From Amoebidium appalachense (taxonomy: Eukaryota; Protista; Ichthyosporea), in assembly GCA_963693365.1 (NCBI GenBank), contig CAVNZM010000016.1:1867538-1931537 (forward strand): a DNA stretch of 64,000 nt, read 5' to 3'. This document shows, one piece after another, positions 33,402 through 45,500 of this stretch. A program made the position numbers and the translations under genes. Within the stretch, counting starts at the first letter, position 1, and every line of letters begins with the position of its first letter. The notes under the pieces are model-generated. The model was not told the DNA's origin, ran no database searches, and was given only the letters and a program-made list of their open reading frames with translations.

Positions 33402-34579
33402 TTTCTTTGTGACAAGAACTGCGCGACGCGTCAGGCGGGCAGCAGGAACGATGTAATCATTCTTAAGCTTGTCGAATATCTTGCTCCAGACGACGGGAAG
33501 AGCTGCCTCCAGATCAACAGCACCCTGTAGCAATGTTGCTGCCGCTGCGCCACTTGGACGTTTGTACCAATCAACCCTTGCCAGGCGGAGGTTGTGTAAC
33601 TCTGGCTCACCGTTTCCGACTCCATCTGGTGAATTGATGGAGGCAGTCATGATGAAGAAGAACTGTACCTTTCCGAAGTGATTGACTGTAAGACTGTAAA
33701 TTGAGAGGACAACGGCATGGGAATATTAAACAATAGAATAAGGACACAGTACTAAGGGTTTTGTTTCTGAGCCGTTATCTTTATACCTATTTGTAAGTTA
33801 TTTATTGAGGGGGGGCCCGGGGGGGGGGGGGGGGGGGTATTCGAGCAGGCGTGCCACAGTGCATACCCACCTTCTGGAACGGTATCGTAGACTTGGCCCC
33901 ACTGTGGTATATTATACCGGATATCTAGTATGGATGTACACAGGTTGAGATATACGCACACGTGTACATGTATATATACCACTGTGTTTGATCTTAGGTA
34001 GGCCAGTATGCATGTCTCCCCCCAGTCTTGTGCGCATGAGCAAGAAGTTAAACATATGTGCACGTGCAGCTTGCAGAATTATTCATGGGAAAACAGATAT
34101 AATAGTCACATGGGACCGACACGTAGTAGAGGAACCATGAGCGTTAAGTTATAGTTTTATCATGGGAAAATATGCAAGTAGCCGTGAGGTATGACTGTGG
34201 AATGCATCGATAGTCAAGTACTGTCACCCGATTGGCTCACTAAGTTTATTGGAACCGTGATAGCCATGGGACAGAACCGTGAACCGTATGTGATTGGCTC
34301 GTAGCCAAAAAAAAGCACATACCGATGCGCATGTCTGAGCCGCTGTGCGAGCTCCGATATAAGGGCATGTCGGGGGCTTCAGAGCTCACTCAGTGTGCTC
34401 GGCTTACTAGGTGTAAGTAGGACTAGCACGTAACTAAGCAAAGCGTGGTCTAGTCAACCCCGTTCATTTATAAACATATTGTTTGTCACAGACACACGAT
34501 CATATAATACAACAGCTGAGCTACACCCCCTGCAGCGCTAGTTCTTGCGCTGCAAGTGTGCTCGTATCAAGCAAGTACT

Positions 34580-36407
34580 ATGTTTTTAGTTGTTTGGGTC
34601 CTAACATGTCTAACCACATTGGTGACGACAATGCCGGCCCTAGTGGCCTGCATGGGGGGGAAGCTAGAAACGCCGACCTCATTTTCCTTGAAGAACTCGG
34701 CTATAATGTTCCCCTTTCCCCCCCCGGCGCTTCACCGTGGCACCCTCCTGGAGCAGACATTCCGTTGCTCGACCGTGTCTACTTCCGTTCACACGACTTG
34801 CAACACGACAATCAATACTGCTTCTCTTTTCGTTCAGGGGAAACCGACTACGGCCAATCATTTGACCCCGAAGACCTGCCACCTGAAGACAATCGACATT
34901 CATCAGTCGACCTTCTCCACGGGCTGGAAGTCGAGGTCAACGCAAACGCAAGCAGAGGCACCAGACGCCCTGGTACGCGCCCTAACGGAGTATGCAAATT
35001 TGCACAACAAGACGGGCGTGAGCCTGGCAGCTTGGTGCTGGTGCGTTCTTGGGTGTCTCCTTCTGTTCATGCTGCTGGCATTGTTGATATCGAAGTTTGC
35101 CAGCTGTACAGCGCGCAAGGCACTGTACCGTTCGTCGTCGGCACTCACCATGCTCCACCAACAACTACTCGCCCTCGCGAATGTATTCACTTCCAGGCAA
35201 AACTACGCGTGCCTTTCAGGGCAGTCTTCCCACATCACTAAGTCACATGAATTTATCAATCAGTTAGTGACTCTTAGTCGTGGTGAGCTCGACCTAGTGG
35301 TTACTTATTATGGTAACCGGGGCCCTCGAAAATTTCATCCAAGCATGCTCCCCTCGTGGGTTCGTGCCGGACGGGGCCCCCGTAAGAACTCTGGCCGAGG
35401 TGGTAGGGGTGGACGTGGTGGTGGCCGGGGGGGGCATAACAACCCCCCTCCTGCTGCCAACGAAAATGGGGATGGTAATGCAGGTGGCGGTGGCCCCCCA
35501 CCTCCCCCGGACGGTGCTGCTGACGGTGGTGCCGGTGGTGCTAATGGTGCCGGAGGTGCTAACGGTGCTGGTGGTGCCGGTGGTGGTGGTGGTGATGGTG
35601 GTGGCGACGGCGGTGACGGTGGTGATGACGGTGACGGTAACGACGGCAACGGTGACGACCGGGAGGGGAAGGAAAAGATTCAACACATCCCCTCAGCAGC
35701 AATTCAGTCCCGTCCTATGCTCGAGGCAGATGCCGATATCGACGAATTCTACAAACAACTCCAACATCATTTAATATTCTTTTGTATTATGGAGTTGGTG
35801 GGCTTGAATCGCACGTTGATGTTTATTCGTATGTGCATGGGCCCCGGGGACCCCCGAGATGCTGCCAACAACGTCGACCTTTCCACGTGCACCGGCATCG
35901 ACGATTTTTGGGCTAAGTTCCTTGAGAAGTATTTAGACAAGGAACGTAAGGAGGAGCATTTAGACGAGCTGAACAAGCTTCGTTTTATGCACACTCGGGC
36001 CTCGATAAAGACATTCCACAAGAAATTTAATTGCATCGTCTCCAACACGGGTCTCAAGAACATGCCCGAGGTTGTGCTTCATCATTACCAACGTACCCTC
36101 AACGACTACCCGGACCTTGGGTGCTCACAATTTAAAATGTAACCGTAATGTGGGTGCTGTAGATGAGATGGGTGGTGGTAGTGGGGGGCATGGTGGTGGT
36201 GGTGGTGGTCACGGGGGTGGCCACGGAGGTAGTGGGGGTAATGTTGGTGGTAAGGGTAAATCTAATGGGGGGGGCAAATGGGCTAAGGACAATAAGAAAG
36301 ATAAGAGGGGGCCCAATTGTTGGGCATGCAAGCAGCCGGGGCATCATTTTAAAGATTGCCCCACCCGAGCTGCCAAGAAGAACAAGGGCAAGCAAAGTGA
36401 AAAATAG
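34580..36407 (+). CDS. gag: Gag with a long N-terminal extension; frameshift near 36120-36142 before the CCHC knuckle
   Basis: Capsid-like DDFWAKFLEKY...ELNKLRF...SIKTFHKKF in ORF 34556-36142. CWACKQPGHHFKDC in ORF 36072-36407. Confidence 0.8.
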
Positions 36408-37295
36408 GTAATTGCCGGTGCTAGATGCACGGATACGGCATGTATTGCACATTGTGACCCAGTGGGTCACGAAAAAGTAATTAAAAATGTGCCTATACCA
36501 AGTGCTTCTGCCCCGGCTTCTTCCGATATTCCCCCCTCCGAGCCCCTTTCCCCCGACCCCCGACCCCCCACCCCCCCACACCCATCCCCCCCCACAAAGA
36601 AACTTCGAACACTCGATAGAATAAGAAAAGTGTTCGATATAAGTGCCATATGCAATGCAGGAAGACGTATCTATGTTAATGTTACGTTGAGTAATGAAAA
36701 ATACTTTGCATTGTTTGACACTGGGGCATCATTCACGGTGGTTAGTGAAGCTGTTTTTTCCCGACACATGCAGGAGTTTGCTTTGCAACCCTCGGATGTG
36801 ATTGTTACTTCGGTAAGAAAAAACGATAAAGCTCTAGCTGTGAGTGGTGAAGTGATGCTCCCGTTATGCCTCGGTTCTCAAACATTCATGTGGCCTTGCT
36901 TAGTAATTAAAAATATTAAGCATGACATGATTATTGGGAACGATTTTGCCAACAAACACATTGCCACCACTAATCATCAAGCACACTCACTAACACTGGT
37001 GTCGGGGATGGTGGTGCCGACGTCATCTTTGCACACCCCCTACACAATGTGTCCTGTTACCGTCAAGCACGACACCACCGTCAAATCTGGCTTTGGATGT
37101 GTATTACGTGCAACGGTGCAGGTGACTGCTGCTGCTGCTGCTGCTGGCACCCTCGGTATCTTCGAGCCTACTCGTGAATTTCGAGATAAGTTCCCCCCCA
37201 CCATCTGTGAAATTAGTGTGGATAAATCTATTGCTGTTGTGTGCGAAAATGGTGTGGGTCCGGATTTGAGCGTGTTCGGTACCATCGGTCAATGA
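36408..37295 (+). CDS. Retropepsin aspartic protease region, in frame with the gag knuckle ORF after a single TAG
   Basis: ALFDTGASFTVV and DMIIGNDF motifs. Confidence 0.85.
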   Translation, partial: VIAGARCTDTACIAHCDPVGHEKVIKNVPIPSASAPASSDIPPSEPLSPDPRPPTPPHPSPPTKKLRTLDRIRKVFDISAICNAGRRIYVNVTLSNEKYFALFDTGASFTVVSEAVFSRHMQEFALQPSDVIVTSVRKNDKALAVSGEVMLPLCLGSQTFMWPCLVIKNIKHDMIIGNDFANKHIATTNHQAHSLTLVSGMVVPTSSLHTPYTMCPVTVKHDTTVKSGFGCVLRATVQVTAAAAAAGTLGIFEPTREFRDKFPPTICEISVDKSIAVVCENGVGPDLSVFGTIGQ

Positions 37296-37765
37296 TTTCG
37301 TTCCTACGAGCCGACATGAGTACATACACGAACTGAGTGTTTTGCAAGCCGAACCCCACCCCAGTCGTACACAAACCGTCGTTGGTGCAATAGCGCAGTG
37401 CATCAGGTGGGCAACGGGGGTGGAGAAGGTTGCCTACCCAATTCACCTCCGGCCGTGCCACCGGGCCGGGTGCCTACCGATAACATGTGTGGGCACGAAG
37501 GGCATGTGAGTGGGACACGAGGCGGTCCGATACACTCACCGATCGACCAATCAATGTGTGCCGTTGATCATGAAAAACCCCCCCCGCGAAAAATTTCGGA
37601 AATTTCGGGTGGGGGTGCACACGATGCCGGCCAGGCTCCCCACGGTTTTGATTGGAATAGGGTGCCTCAGAGTATGCTTCCGGATGTCAAGAAACTATTA
37701 GAAGCACACTCTCGTTGCTTCATCACTACGGACCCCGACGAATTTCCTCAGATTAAGGATTCACC

Positions 37766-40700
37766 ATGCACATAGACACGGGAGATAACCCACCGATTCG
37801 ATTAAAACAGTGGAGGTTGGAACAAGTGAAAGAGCAGGCTGCAAAGGCGATCGTGGAGGATATGTGTCGTAGAGGGCAGATGGAACAAGCACACAGTCAG
37901 TATAATTCACCCACCTTCGTAATACGAAAACCAAACGGAAAATACCGTCTGCTGACTGATTTTCGTGCTCTTAACAAGCAAATTCGAAAATCTGCCTGGC
38001 CCATGCCCAACTTGCAACAACAAATAGAGAAGTTGGCTGGGTATAAGTATTTCTGTAAAGCTGATATGTCGGGTGCCTTTTACCAAATACTGCTAGACGC
38101 TGAGTCACGTGAAAAAAACAGGATTTTCTGTGGCTGGTGTGCAGTATCGTTATTGTGTGGCACCACAGGGGCTAAGTACTTCCCCGTCCCAGCTAGCATC
38201 TATCATGACACAGATTTTGGCCCCTCTGGCCGATGACGTGGTGGTATATGCCGATGATTTAGCTGTGGGTGCACACACCGAAAAAGAATTAATACAGAAG
38301 CTTGACCGACTTTTCACCCGTCTCGGTGAATATGGAGTTAAGCTCGATGGGGCAAAGACATACATTGGGCTCACGGAAATACCGTTTTTGGGTTGGATTG
38401 TAGGTGTGAATGGCATTCAGCCCGACCCGAAAAAGGTTCAGGCAGTGAAAGATTGGCCGGTACCAAACACACTACATCAACTCCGGGGTTTTCTGGGTAT
38501 TACTTCGTATCTCCGCCGTCACATTTTAAATTATGCAGAGCGAGCCCGACCCATGAATGCCGAGTGTTACGGAGAAAAACACCGACGGTTAAAATGGACG
38601 GACGAATTAGATCGCTCGTTTAAAGATTTAAAATCGGCGTTATCGGAGGAAGTGCTTGCCCTGCCCGATCTTTCCCCCACGGGGGGTCAGTTTCTTATTC
38701 GTTGTGATGCTAGTCGGTTCTCGGAAGGGGCTTGCCTGTATCAAAAACAAAAAGATGGCAAGTTCCGCACGGTGGCATATGCCTCCCGGATGTTTCAACC
38801 TACCGAACGTAGGTGGAGCAACATCGAACGAGAAATGCATGCAATCTATTGGGCACTGAAAGAGTTTAGGGTGTACGTGTATGGTCGAGTGAATACTATT
38901 GTGGAAAGTGACCATAAGCCCTGTCTTTCTCTTAAAGGTGTCAAACGGATAGCAAACGAACGGATGCAACGGTGGGCTTTCAAATTGGAAATGCAGGAGT
39001 ATGATTTCGATCTATACTACCGTCCTGGCCCTACCATGCACGATGCTGATGGGTTAAGCCGTATAGGATATATTCTGCATGAGAACGAAAACATACCACT
39101 GGAAAAGTGGGATGTGAAAAAGGAATTACAAGAGGTTCTCACAGCAGATTTATCCGAGCTTAGCTCGAAACCAGCCGAAGTGTTTGTTGATTGGGGTGAT
39201 GCACTCGAATTCACACACATTTTCGATCCAGACCGCTTGAAATGTGCGCAAATTTCTGCACTCAGTCAAGCCGGCCTGCCCTCCCTTTCTGCACTCGGTG
39301 GTGCCGGCTATCAGAAGGAAGCAATTATGATGGCACAGGGGGGGACAAAATGTGTAAGGATATAATCACGTGGCTCCGGTGGCTTGCCTCCCTCGATGCC
39401 GAGGCCAAACGGGAATGGCAGGCAGGGGGGGGAACGAGCTGCACACGGTCTTAATCTTGAGTATTTCGGATACAAAAAGGTTAAGAAAATAGCACAAATG
39501 TGTGTGATAGAGGATGACGTGCTTTATCATGACATTGTGGCTAAGGATGGTCGTCGTTGCCTGTATGTGCCCGAAATCCTTCGTGCTGATTTATTAAGAA
39601 GTGTGCACGACGGGGGGGCTCATACTGGCATTGAACGAACTTACGAAAGATTATACAATTATTATTGGCCACGCATGCACAAAGATATCACTGCTTATGT
39701 GAATGCCTGCACACAGTGCCAAGGCCGTAACGATAACCCACACTTGAGAAGTAGGCCATTTGAACAGAGATACGAAAATTTAAAAATGTTCTCTCGTGTT
39801 TCTGTTGACCTTATGGGTCCGTTTACAGAAACGAAAAATGGTAATACTTTCATTTGTGTGTTTATGGATATGGCAACGAAGTATTTAATCACTGTGCCCA
39901 TCCAATCTAAGCATGCCGTTAATGTTGCACATGCACTCATGAATGTAATTTGCTATATACACGGCCCCCCTCGTACACTCTTGAGTGATCAAGGATCAGA
40001 ATTTCTCAATGAGCTAATTGTTGAGATTTGCCGTATAGCAAATATTGCACAAGTGAGCACCTCTGCATATCACCCACAAAGCAACGGTTCCAATGAACGG
40101 TCTCATAGATTTATTAATAATGCACTCTCAAAGTACGTTAATTATGAGCACACTAATTGGGACACTCTGTTGCCGGTGGTTACACATGCATACAACACAA
40201 CAACACACAAAATTTTGCAATGTACACCGTATTATCTTGTGTACGGGCAAGAGGCAACACAATTCCCTGACGTTGCCCTTCTTAGCAGTAACCACCCGGA
40301 ACTCAAGGACCCAGAGTGGAAGGCATACCGGCGAGAGTTACTAGCCTGTCTGCCTCTGCTCCGTGCTGTGGTCCAGCAACGTGCCGTACGAGAGCCCCCA
40401 GGCCCCTCGGTGGCTCGTGAATTTAAGAAGGGTGCACGGATACGTGTTCGGAATCAAGCCAAAAATATCGGTGCCTGGGATGTACGGTGGATTACGGGTT
40501 ACGAAATCGTCAAAAGGGTCGGCCCGGTCATGTACGAGATCCGAAGCTTAGCAACTATGAAGAAATCTAAGTGGCACGTGGACGATATTCAGCTTGAATT
40601 GAGTGAGCAAAATAGAATTCGGCCTCAAGATCTCTCTCACCTCCCGGACACGGGCGAAAGTCACAATTTCAACAAGGTTCTGCCGGACGAGTGGGTGGTG

Positions 40701-40916
40701 GAAAAGGTGCTTGACGTAAGAATTCAGAAACGGCGCAAGCAATCCACCCCTTACAAGTGGTACCAGATCAAGTGGGCAGGCAAAGATGAATCATTCACCT
40801 CTTGGGAGTGTGAGAAAGACTTAGCCTGCCCGGACAAGATCCGAGAGTTCCACCAACGCAGAGGTGACCTTGCATCGTTCCACGGATACATTGACTCATT
40901 GTGTGGAGCATGGTGA
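37766..40916 (+). CDS. pol: Pol (RT-RNaseH-integrase-chromodomain), broken by frameshifts
   Basis: RLLTDFRALN, APQGL, YADD, RCDAS, ESDHKP, HHCC zinc motif, SDQGSEF, HPQSNGSNER, and C-terminal chromodomain WVVEKVLD...YQIKWAG...SWE. Confidence 0.93.
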
Positions 40917-42556
40917 CGTATGTCGAGGACGACATACTTCTTTTTACGGTGGGGCGTGTGGTATATTATACCGGATATCTAGTATGGATGTACACAGGTT
41001 GAGATATACGCACACGTGTACATGTATATATACCACTGTGTTTGATCTTAGGTAGGCCAGTATGCATGTCTCCCCCCAGTCTTGTGCGCATGAGCAAGAA
41101 GTTAAACATATGTGCACGTGCAGCTTGCAGAATTATTCATGGGAAAACAGATATAATAGTCACATGGGACCGACACGTAGTAGAGGAACCATGAGCGTTA
41201 AGTTATAGTTTTATCATGGGAAAATATGCAAGTAGCCGTGAGGTATGACTGTGGAATGCATCGATAGTCAAGTACTGTCACCCGATTGGCTCACTAAGTT
41301 TATTGGAACCGTGATAGCCATGGGACAGAACCGTGAACCGTATGTGATTGGCTCGTAGCCAAAAAAAAGCACATACCGATGCGCATGTCTGAGCCGCTGT
41401 GCGAGCTCCGATATAAGGGCATGTCGGGGGCTTCAGAGCTCACTCAGTGTGCTCGGCTTACTAGGTGTAAGTAGGACTAGCACGTAACTAAGCAAAGCGT
41501 GGTCTAGTCAACCCCGTTCATTTATAAACATATTGTTTGTCACAGACACACGATCATATTATACAACACCCACTGGCAGCGACTTCGTCAGTTTCTTTTC
41601 GTTTATGGGAACCGCCTCGATGACTTTGCTGGGGGCCTGGCAGAGGTAGAGACCAACAAAAAGGATGCACAGAAGGATTCCTAGTTGCTTGTATGGTAGC
41701 TTGGCTTTTGCCATGAAAACCCGATAGAGTCCCTGTATGAAATCGACCGCGGTTGCCAACCACACACTCGAATCTTGCGCCGGGTTTGCATCGATTGGAT
41801 TCCCGGGGTTTTCATTGGACTTCACTTTTACTTCGATCTTTTAGCTGTCACGTCAACTTTTTTTCCCGATTCTTCACCATGGCAGGTATATAAAGGCTTT
41901 CGTTTTGTCTTTTTGTGGTGGGAGGGGTTCCCACTCAGGGGAACGTGACACTGTGTGTGTGTAGTGCGGCCTTGTCTATTCCTACTGCTGTGAGAGTGTG
42001 GGGACATCTCCCTTCCGCGCAATTTCTCGCTTGAGGAGTGGTTTCTTCGACATCTGGCCCACTGCAACTTACGGTGACTTCTACACGCTATCTACGCTTC
42101 TAAGCGAGCTATTGGCGGTGGGCTGCTGCAACTTCTTCAACTGCTTCTGCGCTGCGTGAGTGGAGGGGTAGCTACTGGGTCGTCGAGGAGCTTTCCTTGT
42201 GGCTGCCGTGTTTGCAGCCTTCAGCAGTATGGCAATGACTGGGTTTGCTTGCATGCATTCTGTAGTTGAGTGTTTTCCTGTGTGTCCTGCCACAACTAGG
42301 CCACCTTATCAAAGAGTTAGAGACAGCTTCTGCGGGTTTTCTAGGGGACAGGCCCGTGGGGATTGTTTTCTCGCTCGGATTTGGTCTGCATTGCTCTTTA
42401 AAGGGCTGACTTGCTTTCTGTGCCCCGGTAGGTTTTGAGGGGGGCCTGTTAGGGGGCAGCAGTAATGATGTCTTCTTGCGGAGTGTGGCCTGGTCATCAT
42501 CGCTGCATATTAGTTGGAGCAAACTAGTTTCACGCATACACGTGCACTTGTACCTT

Positions 42557-45500
42557 TGTTGGAATACGTCATCACGTATGACAGCAAGAGCCTTGAAGTA
42601 TGTATGTGTCCGATAGCTTTGTTTGTATTCGTGTCTGCTTTCCTTCTTTGTGCTCTCTCCCTTTTCTCTTTTCTCTCTCTCTCTCTCTCTCTCTCTCCCT
42701 CCCCCCCCCCCCCCCCCCCCCCCGTATCTCTCTCTCTCCCTTGTTTCTGTGTGCACAGATATCTGTAGATCTGTGCACACCTGGCTCTTCTGCCTGATAA
42801 GAACTTATTGTATTTTATTTCTATTTGCTCTCCTCTGTTTATCTGAGAGGTAGCGTGATTGGCTAGCTACATTCGTTGTCTTTGTTTTATTTCAAAGTGG
42901 CTTAGTTTTAGTTCTCAATAGGATGGCTCGCCAATAGTCGCGAGCGAGTACATCTGTAGATCGTGTTGTGCATTCCTGTCTATAATTAATATATGTGTTG
43001 TGATTGGACAATAGATACATATGGAATTTGGTTTATTGCAATGTGTCTTCACTTTGAGAGTGTCGACTATTAGGAAATATATGTATTTAAATAAGTTTCT
43101 TTATAGAGACGAGTATAAATATATATGTGCATTAATAGTGACAAGATATATATAACTACTTAATTTATTGTTTCCAAACTTTAGTTAGGAGTCGGAAGTT
43201 GGAATGTGTATGCTCTGTCGCAATGTGTTTTTCTATCTTCTGATAGAACCGATTGGTTCTCCCCCTTTAGTTGTGATAAGCTTATAAGTCGCAAGTACAA
43301 AAAGAACCGAGAGCACAATAAAGGATCAGTTGTTGTTTGAAATCTTTCAATGTCTCGTGAACAACTCCGATTGCCCTCTCTTTATTGTGTTGGTCGTGTT
43401 TTACATGACACCTCTGTGCACTCTGCTCCCTTAGACCCGTACAAAACAACAGGTTAAAGGCCCATTTTCGCACGCTCTTGCAACACATTCTCTCGCTGCA
43501 ATCGAAAATATTCAAATTTGAATACCGATCTGATTCCTCTCTCGCGCATCATCTGACTGATCGATCACCATGTCGGAGAAACCTGCGTACCCTCAGAACC
43601 TCACCCCCTGGAAAGGGGAGGACACCACGGACAAGAAGTCCGGCAAACGTCTCACCTATTATGAGTGGGAACCCGTTATCTTCCGGTACCTACGTACTAC
43701 TAGTACTACCATCGCGGCCAAGTTAGTGCCCGTCATCAAGGCCCCCGAGTGGGTCGATCCTTCCGACAAGAGCGAGTGGCATGGCTATGACACTGAGGAA
43801 GCCTACACCGACTCGGAGGCTTCCAACTTCCTTGAACAGATGTTTAATCAACTCGTCTCCAATGATGAGCTGTATAACTCTGGTCAAATCCACGATGATG
43901 TGTCACCTGCCCAAGCTCTCCACAACCTCCTTATGACCTATGCGGATGAACATGAAGATCGTGCTCGTCAAATCCTCCTCGACTACCATGAGCTTGAACT
44001 CAAGGACTTCAAGACCGTCACGGCCTACCTCACCATGGCACGCCGTCTGTGCACTACCCTGCACATCCTCGAAGAGCCCATTCCTCACAAGACCATGGTT
44101 GATAACTTCTTCATCCACCTCAAGAAGAACTACGGTAAGTTAGTTTGTTCCGACATCCAGGCCATGATTGCCGACTACTTCCGTCGTAACATCAGCTACG
44201 AGACCTACAACCGTCTAACCAGTGACATCCGAGCTGCAGAGATCCGTGAAGGTCTCATCGACTCTGGGTCCGGGTCCTCCTCCTCCGTCCGAACAGCACG
44301 TGCCCTGCAAAGCCGTGTCTTCACCAAGGACGACCTCCGACACCGGATCCCCCGACGTGACATCTCCGTCTCCCGTCACCCCCGTGGTCGTCCCACCGCT
44401 CGATCCACCTCAGTTGACCGTGATTACTCCCGGTCCCGTTCCCCCGGCCATCGTTCCCTGTCACCCTACCCCCCACGTAAAGTGGGTAACCGTCATCATC
44501 AGCCACCCCGAGCCAAGACCACTGGCTCCCTCGACTGTGCCTACTGTCATGAGGACCATCATGTCACACAGTGTGACAAACCTGGCTGCTCAATCGCCCG
44601 TCGTCACCGTGCCAGCACCAAGTCTGGTAAAGAGGTGCATTTTGCCCTCGTATCCACCACGGCCTCCCTACCCATGGACCCCTGCTGGGACTCGGCTTCA
44701 AACGTCCATGTGTGCCCAGTCAAGGAGTACTTCTCTACTCTTGAGCCGTGCCCCCCGGCCGACGTCCACGGCCTCGGCATCGTCACTGCACATCACCGTG
44801 GTGTCATCAACCTGGCCGTCACCTACAACGGAGTAACATCAGTACTTAGCCTCAACACCCTCTATGTACCCGACTCCCCAGCCTTCCTGATTTCCCCCTC
44901 AATGGCCTCCAAGTCGGGTCTCCTTGCCCACCTCGATGACGAGGATGAATTCCCCTCCTACCTCTACACTCGTGGTGGCAACATCGTGTGTTCCCTCACA
45001 GGCAAAGATGGACTGTACTTCATCACCGACTATGAGATTTGTCCCTCCATCCCTCGGTCTGTTACTGCCCTGGTTGCCAACGTCAAGGTCACCAATGATC
45101 CCCAGCTCTGGCACCACCGTCTCGGCCACCGTGCCCTGTCCACCCTCACCAAGATGGTGAGAGGTGACCTCGTGACAGGCCTCCCCTCATCCCTCTGACA
45201 CCACTGACTGCTTCGGCTGTGTCTCCGGCAAGACCACCAAGGCCCCATTCTCCGGCACCAGAACCCAGTGCCCCTTCCCCGGTGCCAAGTGGCACATGGA
45301 CTTCTTCGAGCCCCCCTGTGCGTCCTATGGTGGCTACAAGGTGGCCCTCGTGTGTACCTGTGATGCCTCCGGCTACACCATCGTGTACCTCCTCCGTGAT
45401 CGATCAGAAACTCTCGAATACGTCAAGGCCCTGGTTGAGACTATTGACAAGCAACCCGACAAGGTGGTGACCCACTTCCGTTCCGACTCTGGGTCCGAGT

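Larger units (their letters stand above)
31350..33700 (-). pseudogene. Fragment resembling the C-terminus of a CACTA/EnSpm (Tnp2-type) transposase, split by the TRIM array
   Basis: FGKVQFFF...HNLRLARVDWYK...VWSKIF...DYIVPAARLTRR at about 33700-33403 continues leftward of 31518. The motif spacing recalls fungal CMC transposases. Assignment is from memory, not from a search. Confidence 0.45.
33903..41568 (+). mobile_element. Full-length Ty3/gypsy chromovirus-type LTR retrotransposon; 612-bp LTRs at 33903-34514 and 40957-41568
   Basis: TG...CA LTRs nearly identical (one difference noticed, near the 3' end). 5-bp TSD CCCAC. Domain order gag-PR-RT-RH-IN-chromodomain. Confidence 0.97.

Noticed and set aside
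41569-42550. Short minus-strand ORFs between the gypsy and copia elements
   Set aside because: Fragmented, with no recognisable motif, so they cannot be called.
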